DNA of 64,000 nucleotides from an uncultured Acidobacteriota bacterium (GTDB taxonomy: Bacteria; Acidobacteriota; Thermoanaerobaculia; UBA5066; Gp7-AA6): the NCBI GenBank assembly GCA_963782815.1, contig CAWALG010000030.1, positions 164,284 through 228,283 on the forward strand, read 5' to 3'. Numbering within the stretch: position 1 is the first letter of the stretch; each line of letters opens with the position of its first letter. Positions 47,344 through 57,343 of this stretch are shown here, in pieces. The notes below the pieces were generated by a model. That model saw nothing but the letters and a program-made list of their open reading frames with translations. It was not told the origin of the DNA and did not search any database. Both the position numbers and the translations under genes were made by a program.

Positions 47344-49959
47344 ATGAGCGTTTCCGCCGGCACGCGCCTCGGCCCCTACGAGGTCCTCGCTCCGCTCGGG
47401 GCGGGAGGAATGGGGGAGGTCTGGAGGGCGCGGGACGGCAAGCTCGGCCGGGAAGTGGCGATCAAGGTGTTGCCGTTTGCGTTCGCGGCCGACACGGAGC
47501 GGCTCTCCCGGTTCCGGCGCGAGGCCCAGGTCCTGGCCTCGCTGAATCACCCGCACATCGGCGCGATTTATGGGCTGGAGGAATCCGGCGGGATCGAGGC
47601 GCTCGTGCTCGAGCTCGTGCCGGGCCAAACGCTGGGCGAGATGCTGGCCGCGGGAGCGCTCCCGCTGGAAGAGGCGCTGGAGATCGCCCGGCAGATCGCC
47701 GGAGCGCTCGAGGCGGCCCACGAGAAGGGGATCGTGCACAGGGACCTGAAGCCTTCCAACGTCAAGCAGACGCCGGAGGGCAAGGTCAAAGTCCTGGACT
47801 TCGGCCTGGCCAAGGCGCTGGAGGTGGAGAGACCGACCTCGGATCTCTCGAGCTCGCCCACGGCGACGGCGGGAACGGAAGCGGGGGTGATCCTGGGCAC
47901 CGCGTCGTACATGTCGTCCGAACAGGCCCGCGGCAAGCCGGTGGACCGGCGGACGGACATCTGGGCGTTCGGCGCCGTGCTCTACGAGATGCTGACGGGA
48001 AAGCGCGCCTTCCCCGGCGAGACAGTCTCCGACGTGCTGGCGGCGATCCTGAAGACCGAGCCGGACTGGAGCGCTCTGCCGCCGGCAACGACTCCGGCGA
48101 TTCGCGAGCTGCTCCGGCGTTGCCTTGAGAAGGACCCGTGGCACCGGCTGCGCGACATCGGCGACGCGCGGATCACGCTCGAGGAATCGGCGCGCGGTGC
48201 CGTCCGCGATGCGCCAGCGGCGCTCGAACCTCCGCGAGCCGTGCGGCGCTCCGTCGTTCCGGCCGCGCTGCTGGGCGTGGCGGTGGGGGCGGCCGCCACG
48301 GTTCTGTCCGTCGTCGCACTCCGGAGGCCGTCACCACCTCCGATGCGCTTCGTCACCGTCACGAATTTCTCCGGCCTGGAAACCCAGCCTTCGCTTTCCC
48401 CCGACGGCCGCTCCGTCGCCTTCGTCTCCAACAGCGACGGTTCCTACGACCTCTGGGTGGGGCTCGCCGCGGGCGGGCGCCTGGTGCGCGTCACGAACGA
48501 CCCGATCGTGGAATCGCACCCGACCTGGTCTCCCGACGGAACGAAAATCGCCTACGCGAAGCTGAAGGAGTCCGGCCTCTGGGACATCTGGGAGATTCCG
48601 GCCCTGGGAGGCGCTCCCCGGCGGGTCGTCGTGGACGCCACCGAGCCCGCCTGGTCCCCCGACGGGCGCTCCCTCGCGTATTGCAATCTGGCGACCGGCA
48701 GAATCTGGACCTGCGACGCCTCCGGAGGCAATCCACGCGCGGTCACGCAACCGGACCCGAAGTATCGCTTTCAACGCCAACCCGCTTTTTCCCACGACGG
48801 GCGGCGGATCGTTTTCGTTCAGCGCCAGGGCGGTCCGTACGGAGAGCTCGCCGTGGCCGAGCTTGCCGGCGGACAGGTCCGGCCTGTCACGCACGACAAT
48901 GTTCTGGTTCATTCGCCCGTCTGGTCGGCGGACGACAGGTTCCTCTACTTCGCTTCCGGCCGCGGCGGGTCCGTCAACATCTGGAAGATCCCATCGGGCG
49001 GCGGCGAGCCGGAGCAGATCACAGCGGGCCAGGGGGACGATGCGGACCTCTCCCTCTCGGCCGACGGCAAGCGGATGGTGTTCTCGACCTACCGGCAGAA
49101 CATCAACATCGGCGTCTCGGACCTGGACTCGAAGGAACCGAGTCTGACTCTCAAGTGGCTGACCTCCGACGCCGCGCGCGGGGAGCTGGGTCCCGCCTAC
49201 TCTCCCGACGGCAAACACATCGCCTACTTCTCCAATCGCAAGGGGGTCGAACGGGAGGGCATCTGGGTCATGGACGCGGACGGCTCGAACCCGACGCCTC
49301 TCGTCGTGGACGAATACCAGAACGTCTTCCCGCGCTGGTATGCCGACGGACGCGCTCTCCTGTTCCGGTCCAGCCTTGCCCGGCTCGGCCTACCGGGCGA
49401 CCAGTTCCGGCGCGTGGCGATTTCGGGCGGGCCTCCGGAGGTCGTCGTGCCGCAGCAACTCGGTCTCACGGCGGACGTCGATTCGAAGGGGCTCATCCTG
49501 AGCAACGACGCGCAGGGCCGCGGGGCCATCTACGATCCGAAGACGAAGCGGACGCGAGTGCTCGAGGCCTGCGGCGGCAGCGCGTTCCGCTGGTCTCCGG
49601 ACGGCCGCAGGATCGCCTACATTGGCCGGCAGGGAAGCGCCCAGGCGGGCCTCTGGGTCTACGACTTCCAGGGCGCCGCGCGCCAGGTCTTTTCCGGCTG
49701 GCTGGTGCAATTCACCTGGACGGGTCCGGACGAGCTCGTCTGCGAAGAGGGGAAATCGGACCTGACCGGCGTCTTCTGGCGGGTCCGGGCGGACGGATCG
49801 GGCCGAGAGAAGATCCCGCTCACGATTTCCCTGGCCACTACGTTCTATCAGCTCCTTTCGAACAACACCTTCGACATCAGTCCCGACGGCCGCCGCCTGG
49901 CCGTCCACATGATGGAACAGCAGGAAGCCGACATCGGCATGATCGAGAACGTCCGCTGA
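47344..49959 (+). CDS. Ser/Thr kinase K1 with TM helix and TolB/PD40 beta-propeller
   Basis: [37 protein letters not shown]; TM helix; repeated SPDG/WSPDG. Confidence 0.93.
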   Translation: MSVSAGTRLGPYEVLAPLGAGGMGEVWRARDGKLGREVAIKVLPFAFAADTERLSRFRREAQVLASLNHPHIGAIYGLEESGGIEALVLELVPGQTLGEMLAAGALPLEEALEIARQIAGALEAAHEKGIVHRDLKPSNVKQTPEGKVKVLDFGLAKALEVERPTSDLSSSPTATAGTEAGVILGTASYMSSEQARGKPVDRRTDIWAFGAVLYEMLTGKRAFPGETVSDVLAAILKTEPDWSALPPATTPAIRELLRRCLEKDPWHRLRDIGDARITLEESARGAVRDAPAALEPPRAVRRSVVPAALLGVAVGAAATVLSVVALRRPSPPPMRFVTVTNFSGLETQPSLSPDGRSVAFVSNSDGSYDLWVGLAAGGRLVRVTNDPIVESHPTWSPDGTKIAYAKLKESGLWDIWEIPALGGAPRRVVVDATEPAWSPDGRSLAYCNLATGRIWTCDASGGNPRAVTQPDPKYRFQRQPAFSHDGRRIVFVQRQGGPYGELAVAELAGGQVRPVTHDNVLVHSPVWSADDRFLYFASGRGGSVNIWKIPSGGGEPEQITAGQGDDADLSLSADGKRMVFSTYRQNINIGVSDLDSKEPSLTLKWLTSDAARGELGPAYSPDGKHIAYFSNRKGVEREGIWVMDADGSNPTPLVVDEYQNVFPRWYADGRALLFRSSLARLGLPGDQFRRVAISGGPPEVVVPQQLGLTADVDSKGLILSNDAQGRGAIYDPKTKRTRVLEACGGSAFRWSPDGRRIAYIGRQGSAQAGLWVYDFQGAARQVFSGWLVQFTWTGPDELVCEEGKSDLTGVFWRVRADGSGREKIPLTISLATTFYQLLSNNTFDISPDGRRLAVHMMEQQEADIGMIENVR

Positions 49960-49980
49960 GGGACTCCGGATGGGTTTGGT

Positions 49981-50421
49981 GACCCTGACCGGCTCTCGTT
50001 CTCCGGCCAGCCTGTTCGAATCGCAGAGAACGTGAACTTCGATTCCGGAGTCTGGCGGGGGAGCTTCACATTCTCTGGAGGGGGCGTCCTCGCCTACCGG
50101 CTCATCTTCATCGTCCCGCCCCCATCCTTCCCCTACGGAGTGACGGTCGATTCCGGCCACATCTACTGAACCAATGGCCTCCTCATCGGGACGATCGGCC
50201 GCGCCGACCTGGATGGGCAGGACGCGGATCCAAGCTTCATCCCTGCGTCCAGCCCCAGAGGAGTCGTAGTCGATTCGTGCCACATCTACTGGGCTAACGA
50301 AAACTTCGGCAGCGACATCCCCGGGACGATCGGCCGTGCCGATCTGGACGGGCAGAACGTGAACCAGAGCTTCATCACCGGCACGACCTCCCCCGAGAGC
50401 GTGGCAGTCGATCCGAACTGA
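49981..50421 (+). pseudogene. Chimeric relic: kinase-propeller fragment fused in frame to a YWTD/NHL-like repeat fragment with an internal stop
   Basis: DPDRLSFSGQPVRIAENV...GVLAYR then YGVTVDSGHIY*TN...IGRADLDG / VDSCHIYWAN...IGRADLDG; TGA at 50167 where the sister repeat has TGG; no start codon. Confidence 0.65.
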
Positions 50422-50982
50422 GCAGCGGCTTGCCCTTCGACGGCCGCGTCGACGGGCTCACCGCGTGCCGAATCGACCGGAAAACCCGCGGTGGCCCTTC
50501 GACGTCGGAGCAGGCGAGCGGATTCCTGCGCCCGCTGATCACGGAAGCGGGCTCCTCCTTCGAGGCTGGATTCCCAGGGCGATGTTCGAGATCGGCGCGA
50601 CTCCCGCAACCAGACTTGCGCCACCAGTATTGCGGGACGCACGACGGAGCGCTTCCTGGTCGTCCGAGGCGCGAAGACGCAAGAAACGATGCGGCGCGGC
50701 GAGCTTTCAAGAAGCTTCAGACGCGCGAAGCAGCGCTTCTGACGAGGACATTTGTTCTCGTCGGCCTAGCCCGCATTATTCATGATCGACTCCGGCCGCC
50801 GCTCCGATCTTTTCCGCCGATACGGCGTCAGCGCTCCTCTGCGATGCGCCCCGGCATCGCCGTCGTCGCGCTTCCTTGTCTCGACGAAAAATCTCAGTCG
50901 CGGACAACCTGTCCCCGGCTGCGATCATCGGTTTCCTGTCACAACGTTCTTTGGCGCAGAGAGTTGCCCGTGTTTCGGCCGG

Positions 50983-51024
50983 GTGACCATGAATAATCCG
51001 GGCTAGTATAATATTGACATGTCA
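50983..51024 (+). promoter_or_regulatory. Candidate sigma70 promoter and operator of the TA operon
   Basis: GTGACC (50983) - 18 nt - TATAAT (51007-51012); perfect palindrome TGACATGTCA at 51015-51024. Confidence 0.5.
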
Positions 51025-51041
51025 GGGAGGTATTACCAAAC

Positions 51042-51281
51042 ATGAAGACGATGAGCCTGAAGATGCCGGCCGCGCTCGAGGAGGAGCTCTCGGAGCTTGC
51101 CCGCAGGACGGGGCGGAGCAAATCGCTCGTCGTCCGCCTGGCACTCTCAGAGTTCCTGCCCCGGCGATCGCGCTCTTCCCGGCGGTCTTTCCTGTCGCGC
51201 GCTTCCGATCTGGCGGGCTCCGTCGCCGGGGCGCGTGACCTCTCCACGAACAAACGCCGGCTCGAAGGTTACGGCCGGTGA
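51042..51281 (+). CDS. vapB: CopG/ribbon-helix-helix antitoxin (VapB-like)
   Basis: MKTMSLKMPAALEEELSELARRTGRSKSLVVRLAL RHH pattern; overlaps the PIN gene. Confidence 0.8.
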   Translation: MKTMSLKMPAALEEELSELARRTGRSKSLVVRLALSEFLPRRSRSSRRSFLSRASDLAGSVAGARDLSTNKRRLEGYGR

Positions 51282-51700
51282 CGGAAGCGGTCATTGTCGA
51301 CACCGGCCCTCTTGTCGCGTTCCTGAACGGCCGGGATCGATATCACGCATGGAGTGAAGAAGTCTTCTCCGGCGTGGACGCGCCGGTCTTCACCTGCGAG
51401 GCGGTTCTTTCGGAGGCGTGTTTCCTCCTGCGGCAAGCGAAGGGCGGAGCGGAAGCTGTCATCACCCTCCTGCATCGCGGTCTCGTCCGCATCCCGTTCC
51501 GCCTGGAGCCCGAGAGCGCCACGATCCGGCGCCTTCTCGCTCGATACGGGAATGTTCCCATGTCGCTCGCCGATGCCTGCCTGGTCCGGATGAGCGAGCA
51601 GATGTCCGAATCCGTCGTTTTGACGCTCGATCGCGCCTTCAAGATCTATCGGCGGCAAGGCCGAAACGTCATCCGGACGTGGATGCCCTCGGGACTCTGA
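51278..51700 (+). CDS. vapC: PIN-domain ribonuclease toxin
   Basis: VIVDTGPLVA, VLSEA, MSLADACL, TLDRAF acidic residues; GTGA overlap with the antitoxin. Confidence 0.88.
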   Translation: MTEAVIVDTGPLVAFLNGRDRYHAWSEEVFSGVDAPVFTCEAVLSEACFLLRQAKGGAEAVITLLHRGLVRIPFRLEPESATIRRLLARYGNVPMSLADACLVRMSEQMSESVVLTLDRAFKIYRRQGRNVIRTWMPSGL

Positions 51701-51736
51701 TGAGAATTGGTGATTCGTGATCGGTGATTTGTGATC
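51700..51736 (+). repeat. GTGATT-like heptamer tandem repeat
   Basis: gatgagaattggtgattcgtgatcggtgatttgtgatc. Confidence 0.65.
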
Positions 51737-51913
51737 AGCGCGGGGATGCGGCTGGGTCCCGACGAAGTTGTTCGGCGCCCGAGCATCTTCAGGGCAAGGA
51801 CGCGGATTCCCGGGGCGACATCTTCGCGCTGGGCGCGGTGCTGTACGAGATGGCGACAGGGAGGAAGGCGTTCGAGGGGGCGAGCCCGGTCGGCTCTGCT
51901 CCCGAAGAATTGA
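51731..51913 (+). pseudogene. Collapsed kinase-gene remnant (5' start + subdomain VIII-IX + 3' end)
   Basis: [13 protein letters not shown], then [35 protein letters not shown] in a shifted frame, then the last 23 nt of K3 (CGGCTCTGCTCCCGAAGAATTGA). Confidence 0.8.
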
Positions 51914-51926
51914 GCGGGCAAGTGGA

Positions 51927-54621
51927 ATGAGCCTGATCTCCGGCAGCCGGCTCGGCCCCTACGAGGTCCTCTCGCCCCTGGGCGCGGGAGGGATGGGGGA
52001 AGTTTACAAGGCGAAGGACGCGCGGCTCGAGCGGACGGTGGCGATCAAGGTCCTGCCGACACAGCTCTCGTCGAGCGAGGAGGTGCGGCAGCGGTTTGAG
52101 CGGGAGGCGAAGACGATCTCGCAGCTTTCGCACCCGCACATCTGCGCGATCTACGACGTCGGAAACCAGGACGGGGTCGAGTACCTTGTCATGGAGTACC
52201 TCGAAGGGGAGACGCTGGCGGAGCGGCTGGTCAAGGGCCCGCTTCCGACGGAGCAGACGCTGCGTTACGGGATCGAGATCGCGGGCGCGCTGGATAAGGC
52301 TCACCGTCAGGGGATCGTGCATCGGGACTTGAAGCCGGCCAACGTCATGCTGACGAAATCGGGCGTCAAGCTCCTGGACTTCGGCCTGGCCAAGGCGGTT
52401 CAGCCGGCGTCTTCGGCAGCCACGTTGACGTCGCTCCCGACGGAGGGTCCGGCGCTGACGGCCGAGGGGACGATCCTCGGGACGTTCCAGTACATGGCGC
52501 CGGAGCAGCTCGAAGCAAAGGAAGCCGATGCCCGGACGGACATCTTCGCCTTTGGCGCCGTGCTGTACGAGATGGCGACGGGGCAGAAGGCGTTTTCGGG
52601 AAGGAGCCGCGCTTCCCTGATCGGCGCGATCCTGAAAGATGAGCCTCCTCCGATTGCGACGATCCAGCCGATGACGCCTCCGGCCCTGGACCGCGTGGTC
52701 CGGACCTGTCTCGCCAAGGACCCGGAAGAGCGTTGGCAAAGTGCCCACGACATCAAGAGCGAGCTGGCGTGGATCGCCCAGGCCGGCTCACAGGCCGGCG
52801 TCGCCGCGACGGCCCTCGGCGGGCGGAAGAGCCGGGAGCGCGTCGCCTGGATCCTGGCGGCCCTCTTCGGAATCGGACTGGCCGTCGCGCTGGCAGTCTC
52901 GGTCATGAGGCGTCCGCGGGCCTCGGGGGAAGAGCGAGCGGTGAAGCTCTCGGTTCTGCCTCCCCAGAAAGAGACGTTCATTCCCGGGATGATCGCTCTC
53001 TCGCCCGACGGGAGCCGCCTGGCTTTTATCGCGGCGGGCGCCGATGGCCAGAATCTCTTGTGGATCCGGCCGCTCGACGCCGTCGAGGCGCGGCCCTTGC
53101 CCGGTACCGAGGGCGCCTACGGTCCCTTCTGGTCTCCCGACGGCCGTTTCCTCGGCTTCTTCGCCGAAGGGAAATTGAAAAAGATCGAGGCTTCGGGCGG
53201 TCCGCCCCAGATCCTCTACAGTCTGGTCACGTTCGTGGGACGGGGCGGCACGTGGAACCGCGACGGAATCATTCTTTTTGCCCCGAGTCCGACGAGTGCT
53301 CTCGTCCGTATTTCAGAGGCCGGAGGCGCGTCCACTCCCGTAACGAAGCTCGACGATTCCAGGCAGGAGAATTCCCACCGCTGGCCCGTCTTCCTGCCGG
53401 ACGGCCGGCACTTCCTCTACTACGCGAGGAGCCGGCAGAAGGAAAACCGCGCGATCTTCGTGGGATCGCTCGATTCGAAGGAGACGCGGTTTCTGATGAA
53501 TGGGACGTCCAACGTCCTCTTCGCCCCCGGCTCCTCCGGGGCGTCCGAGGGCTACCTGCTGTTCGAGCGCGAGGGATGGCTCGTGGCGCGAAAACTCGAC
53601 GCGGCGACTCTTCGATTCGAAGGCGACCCTATCCCGATCGCCGAGAAGATCCAGGCGAGCGATCCTCTGACGGCGGCGATGTTCACGGTCTCGGGAACAG
53701 GGGTTCTCGCTTACGGAAAGGGGACCAGCACCGGTCCCCAGCAGCTGACCTGGTTCGACCGGAGCGGCAAGCGGCTTGGCGCAATCGAGGAACCCGGGTA
53801 CAGCCTGGACATGAACCTGTCACCCGATGAGAAGCGCGTTGCCGTGGATGTCGTCAGCTTCGATGTCGGCGGCCGCGAGCTCTGGCAGATGGAGCTGACG
53901 CGCGGCGTCTCTGCCCGGTTGACGCTCGGAGACAAGCTAGAGGTAAGTCCCGTCTGGTCTCCGGATGGGAGCCGCATCGCCTTCGGTTCGTATTCGACCG
54001 GTGAACCGCCGGATATCATCGAAAAGCCTTCGAGTGGCGTTGGAAAAGAAGAAGCTGCTCTTCCATTCCGATACGCCGAAGTTTCCCGTGGATTGGTCGG
54101 CGGACGGCCGATTCCTCCTTTTCGAATCGAGGGGCTCCGCCGTGAAGTCAAAACTCTGGGTGCTTCCGCTTTCGGGCGACCGCAAGGCCTTTCCCCTCCT
54201 CCAGACCCCCTACAATGAGTCCCTCGGAGCCTTTTCTCCGGATGGGCGCTGGATCGCGTATGTCTCGGACGAGTCGGGACGGCCGGAGGTGTACGTGCAG
54301 ACCTTCCCGATCTCGACCTCCAAGCGGCGGGTCTCGACCAATGGCGGCACGCAGCCTCGCTGGCGACGCGACGGAAAGGAGATCTTCTACGTCGCTCCCG
54401 TCTCGCGCCTCATGGCCGTTGAGGTTACTGCAGGGTCTCTTTCGAGGCCGGCATCCCCGCGGCGCTCTTCGAAGATCGGCGCGACTCCTGGCGTCGGCCT
54501 GCGCCATCAGTACTGCGTGACATCCGACGGTCAGCGCTTCCTCGCCGTCCGAGGCTCCGAAGCACAGGAAACGGCTCCGATCACGGTCGTCTTGAACTGG
54601 ACGGCGGACTTGAAGAAGTAG
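51927..54621 (+). CDS. Ser/Thr kinase K2 with TM and PD40 propellers, frameshift near 54055
   Basis: [24 protein letters not shown]; TM helix; C-terminal PITVVLNW. Confidence 0.9.
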
Positions 54622-54661
54622 CCTCTCCCGGGCGCCGGCTCCCGTTGTAATCTTTCCGGTC

Positions 54662-57330
54662 TTGACCATCCCACAAGGCACCCGTCTCGGCCCTTACGAG
54701 GTCCTCTCTCCGCTCGGCGCGGGAGGGATGGGAGAGGTTTACAAGGCGAAGGACACTCGCCTCGAGCGCACGGTCGCGATCAAAGTGCTTCCGACGCATC
54801 TCTCATCGAGCGAAGAAGTGCGGCAGCGGTTCGAGCGAGAGGCGAAGACGATTTCGCAGCTCTCGCATCCGCACATCTGCGCGCTGTACGACGTCGGGAA
54901 CCAGGACGGCGTCGAGTATCTGGTCATGGAGTACCTGGAGGGGGAGACGCTGGCCGACCGGCTGCTCAAGGGCGCGCTCCCGACGGAGCAGACGCTGCGC
55001 TTCGGGATCGAGATCGCCGACGCGCTGGACAAGGCGCACCGGCAGGGGATCGTGCACCGGGACTTGAAGCCCGGCAACGTCATGCTGACGAAGTCCGGAG
55101 TGAAGCTGCTCGACTTCGGCCTGGCAAAAGCGGTTGCTCCTGCGAAGCAGCCGTCCGGCATGACCTCCCTCCCGACGATGGCGAGCAGTCCCCTGACGCA
55201 GGAGGGGACGATCCTCGGGCACCTTCCAGTACATGGCGCCGGAGCAGCTCGAAGGCAAGGAAGCGGACTCGCGGTCGGACATCTTCGCCTTCGGGGCCGT
55301 TCTCTACGAGATGGCGACGGGCAAGAAGGCGTTCTCCGGCTCGAGCCAGGCGTCCTTGATCTCGGCGATCATGAAGGAGGAGCCCGCGCCGATCGCGGCG
55401 CTCCAGCCGATGACGCCGCCGGCGCTCGACCGGGTTGTCAAGACCTGTCTCGCCAAGGACGCGGAGGACCGCTTCCAGACCGCGCACGACGCGAAGCTCC
55501 AGCTCCAGTGGATCGCCGAGGTCGGCTCCGCGTCCGGCGTTCCGGCGCCGGTCGTCGCGCGCCGCAGGAGCCGCGAGCGCCTCGCCTGGACGGGCTTCGC
55601 GATCGCCGCCCTCGCCGCCGCCCTGTTCGCCGCCGGCTACCTGCGGCGGGCGCCCGCGGCCCGAACGCGGCATCCGTGCCACGCTACCGTTTCCCGAGAA
55701 GATGTTCCTGGGAGAGATGGCGCTCTCTCCCGACGGAACGCGCCTCGCCTTCACGGCCAACAAGGTCGGCATGGAGCCGGCCCTCTGGGTGCGCAACCTC
55801 GACGGGTCTTCCGCGCAGCCCGTGGCCGGCGCGGAGAACGCCTACTTTCCCTTCTGGTCGCCCGACAGCCGGTCGGTCGGCTTCTTCGCGGCCGGGAAGC
55901 TGAAGCGCGTCGATGCCTCCGGGGGCGCGATCCTGACGGTCTGCGACGCGGTGAGAGGCGTCGGCGGGACATGGAACCGCGACGGGACGATCGTCTTCGC
56001 TCCCGCGCCGACCTCCGCTCTCTTCCGCGTCGCGGCGGGCGGCGGAAAGTCGGTCCCCGTCACCAAGCTCGACGCTTCGCGCCACGAAGCCGCGCACCGG
56101 TATCCCCAGTTTCTTCCGGACGGACGCCACTTCCTCTACATGGCCGGAAACCTCGGGGGCGCCACGGACGATCCCGCAAACGCCATACGCGTCGGTTCTC
56201 TCGACGGGAGCGTCGACAAGCTCCTCGTGAAGACACTCTCGAACGCCGGTTACGCTTCGGGCTATCTGCTCTACGGACGCGAGGGGACGTTGCTGGCGCA
56301 GCGCTTCGACACGTCGAAGCTCGAGGTCCGGGGAGAGCCGGTGCCGGCCGTTCCGAAAATCGGGCTTTCCAGCTGGCACAGCAACTGGCTCTTCTCGGCG
56401 TCCGAGAACGGCATGCTCGTGGCCGCGCCTGTTTTCGCCCCGCCCTCCCGGCTCGTCTGGCTCGACAGGAACGGGAAGGAGACCGGTGCGATCGGGGAGC
56501 CGGCCCCTTTCGGGACGCTGCGGCTCTCTCCGGACGGCCGGAAAGTCGCCGCGGACGTGTACGACCCGGTTCACGACACTTCCGACATCTGGATCTACGA
56601 CGCGGCCTCAGGAACGGGCGCGAAGTTCGTGTTCGGACAGGCCCATGAGAGCAACCCGGTCTGGTCGCCCGATGGCTCTCGCATCGTTTTCGTATCCGAC
56701 CGGAAGGCCAAGTCGGGACGCGGCGACATGTGGATGAAGCCGCTCGACGGAGGCAAGGAGGAAATCTTCTCCGAGTCCGAAGACGCCCGCACTCCGGAGG
56801 ACTGGTCGAAAGACGGACGGTTCATTTCCTGCAATGTCATTCCGGCGAAAGGCAAGAGAGACTACGAGGTCTGGGTCGTCGACACGGCCGAGCAGAACCG
56901 CGTCGCTCCGTTCGCGACGGGAGCCCTCAACGATGTTTCGAGCCGTTTCTCCCCCGACGGCCGTTGGATCGCCTACTCCTCCAACGAGTCCGGAAGGTTC
57001 GACGTGTACGTGCGCCCGTTCCCCTCGGGAGCGGGGACCTGGCAGGTCTCCACGGCCGGCGGCGGATTGCCCGTGTGGAGGCGCGACGGGAAGGAGCTCT
57101 TCTTCGTCAGCCTCGATTCCAAGATCATGGCCGTCCCTGTCGAAGCCGACTCGAAGTTTCATGCCGGCGCCCCGGTCGTTCTCTTTCCCCTCCGCTCGTC
57201 GGGCGGCACCGCGAATTACGACGTATCTCCCGACGGGCAACGATTCCTAGTCAACAGCCCGGCCTCGGACGTCGCCTCTCCTCCAATCGACCTCTTCGTC
57301 CATTGGACGGCTCTGCTCCCGAAGAATTGA
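54662..57330 (+). CDS. Ser/Thr kinase K3 with TM and PD40 propellers, frameshifts near 55220 and 55680
   Basis: ORFs 54662..55903, 55233..56648 and 55435..57330 join into the kinase-TM-propeller architecture. Confidence 0.88.
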
Positions 57331-57343
57331 GCGGGCAAGTGAA

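Noticed and set aside
47901-47930. K1 YMSSEQ (Pro to Ser in the APE motif) as a pseudokinase sign
   Set aside because: VAIK, HRD and DFG are intact; a single substitution or base error is insufficient evidence.
50167-50169. In-frame TGA as a third Sec or Trp recoding site
   Set aside because: The sister repeat has Trp (TGG), no SECIS-like hairpin was noticed, and other genes use TGA as stop; a nonsense mutation in a relic is simpler.
50422-50982. About 560 bp between the relic and the TA promoter (ORFs 50430..50996, 50375..50710, 50465..50785)
   Set aside because: No recognisable motif, repeat or RNA structure by eye; left unannotated.
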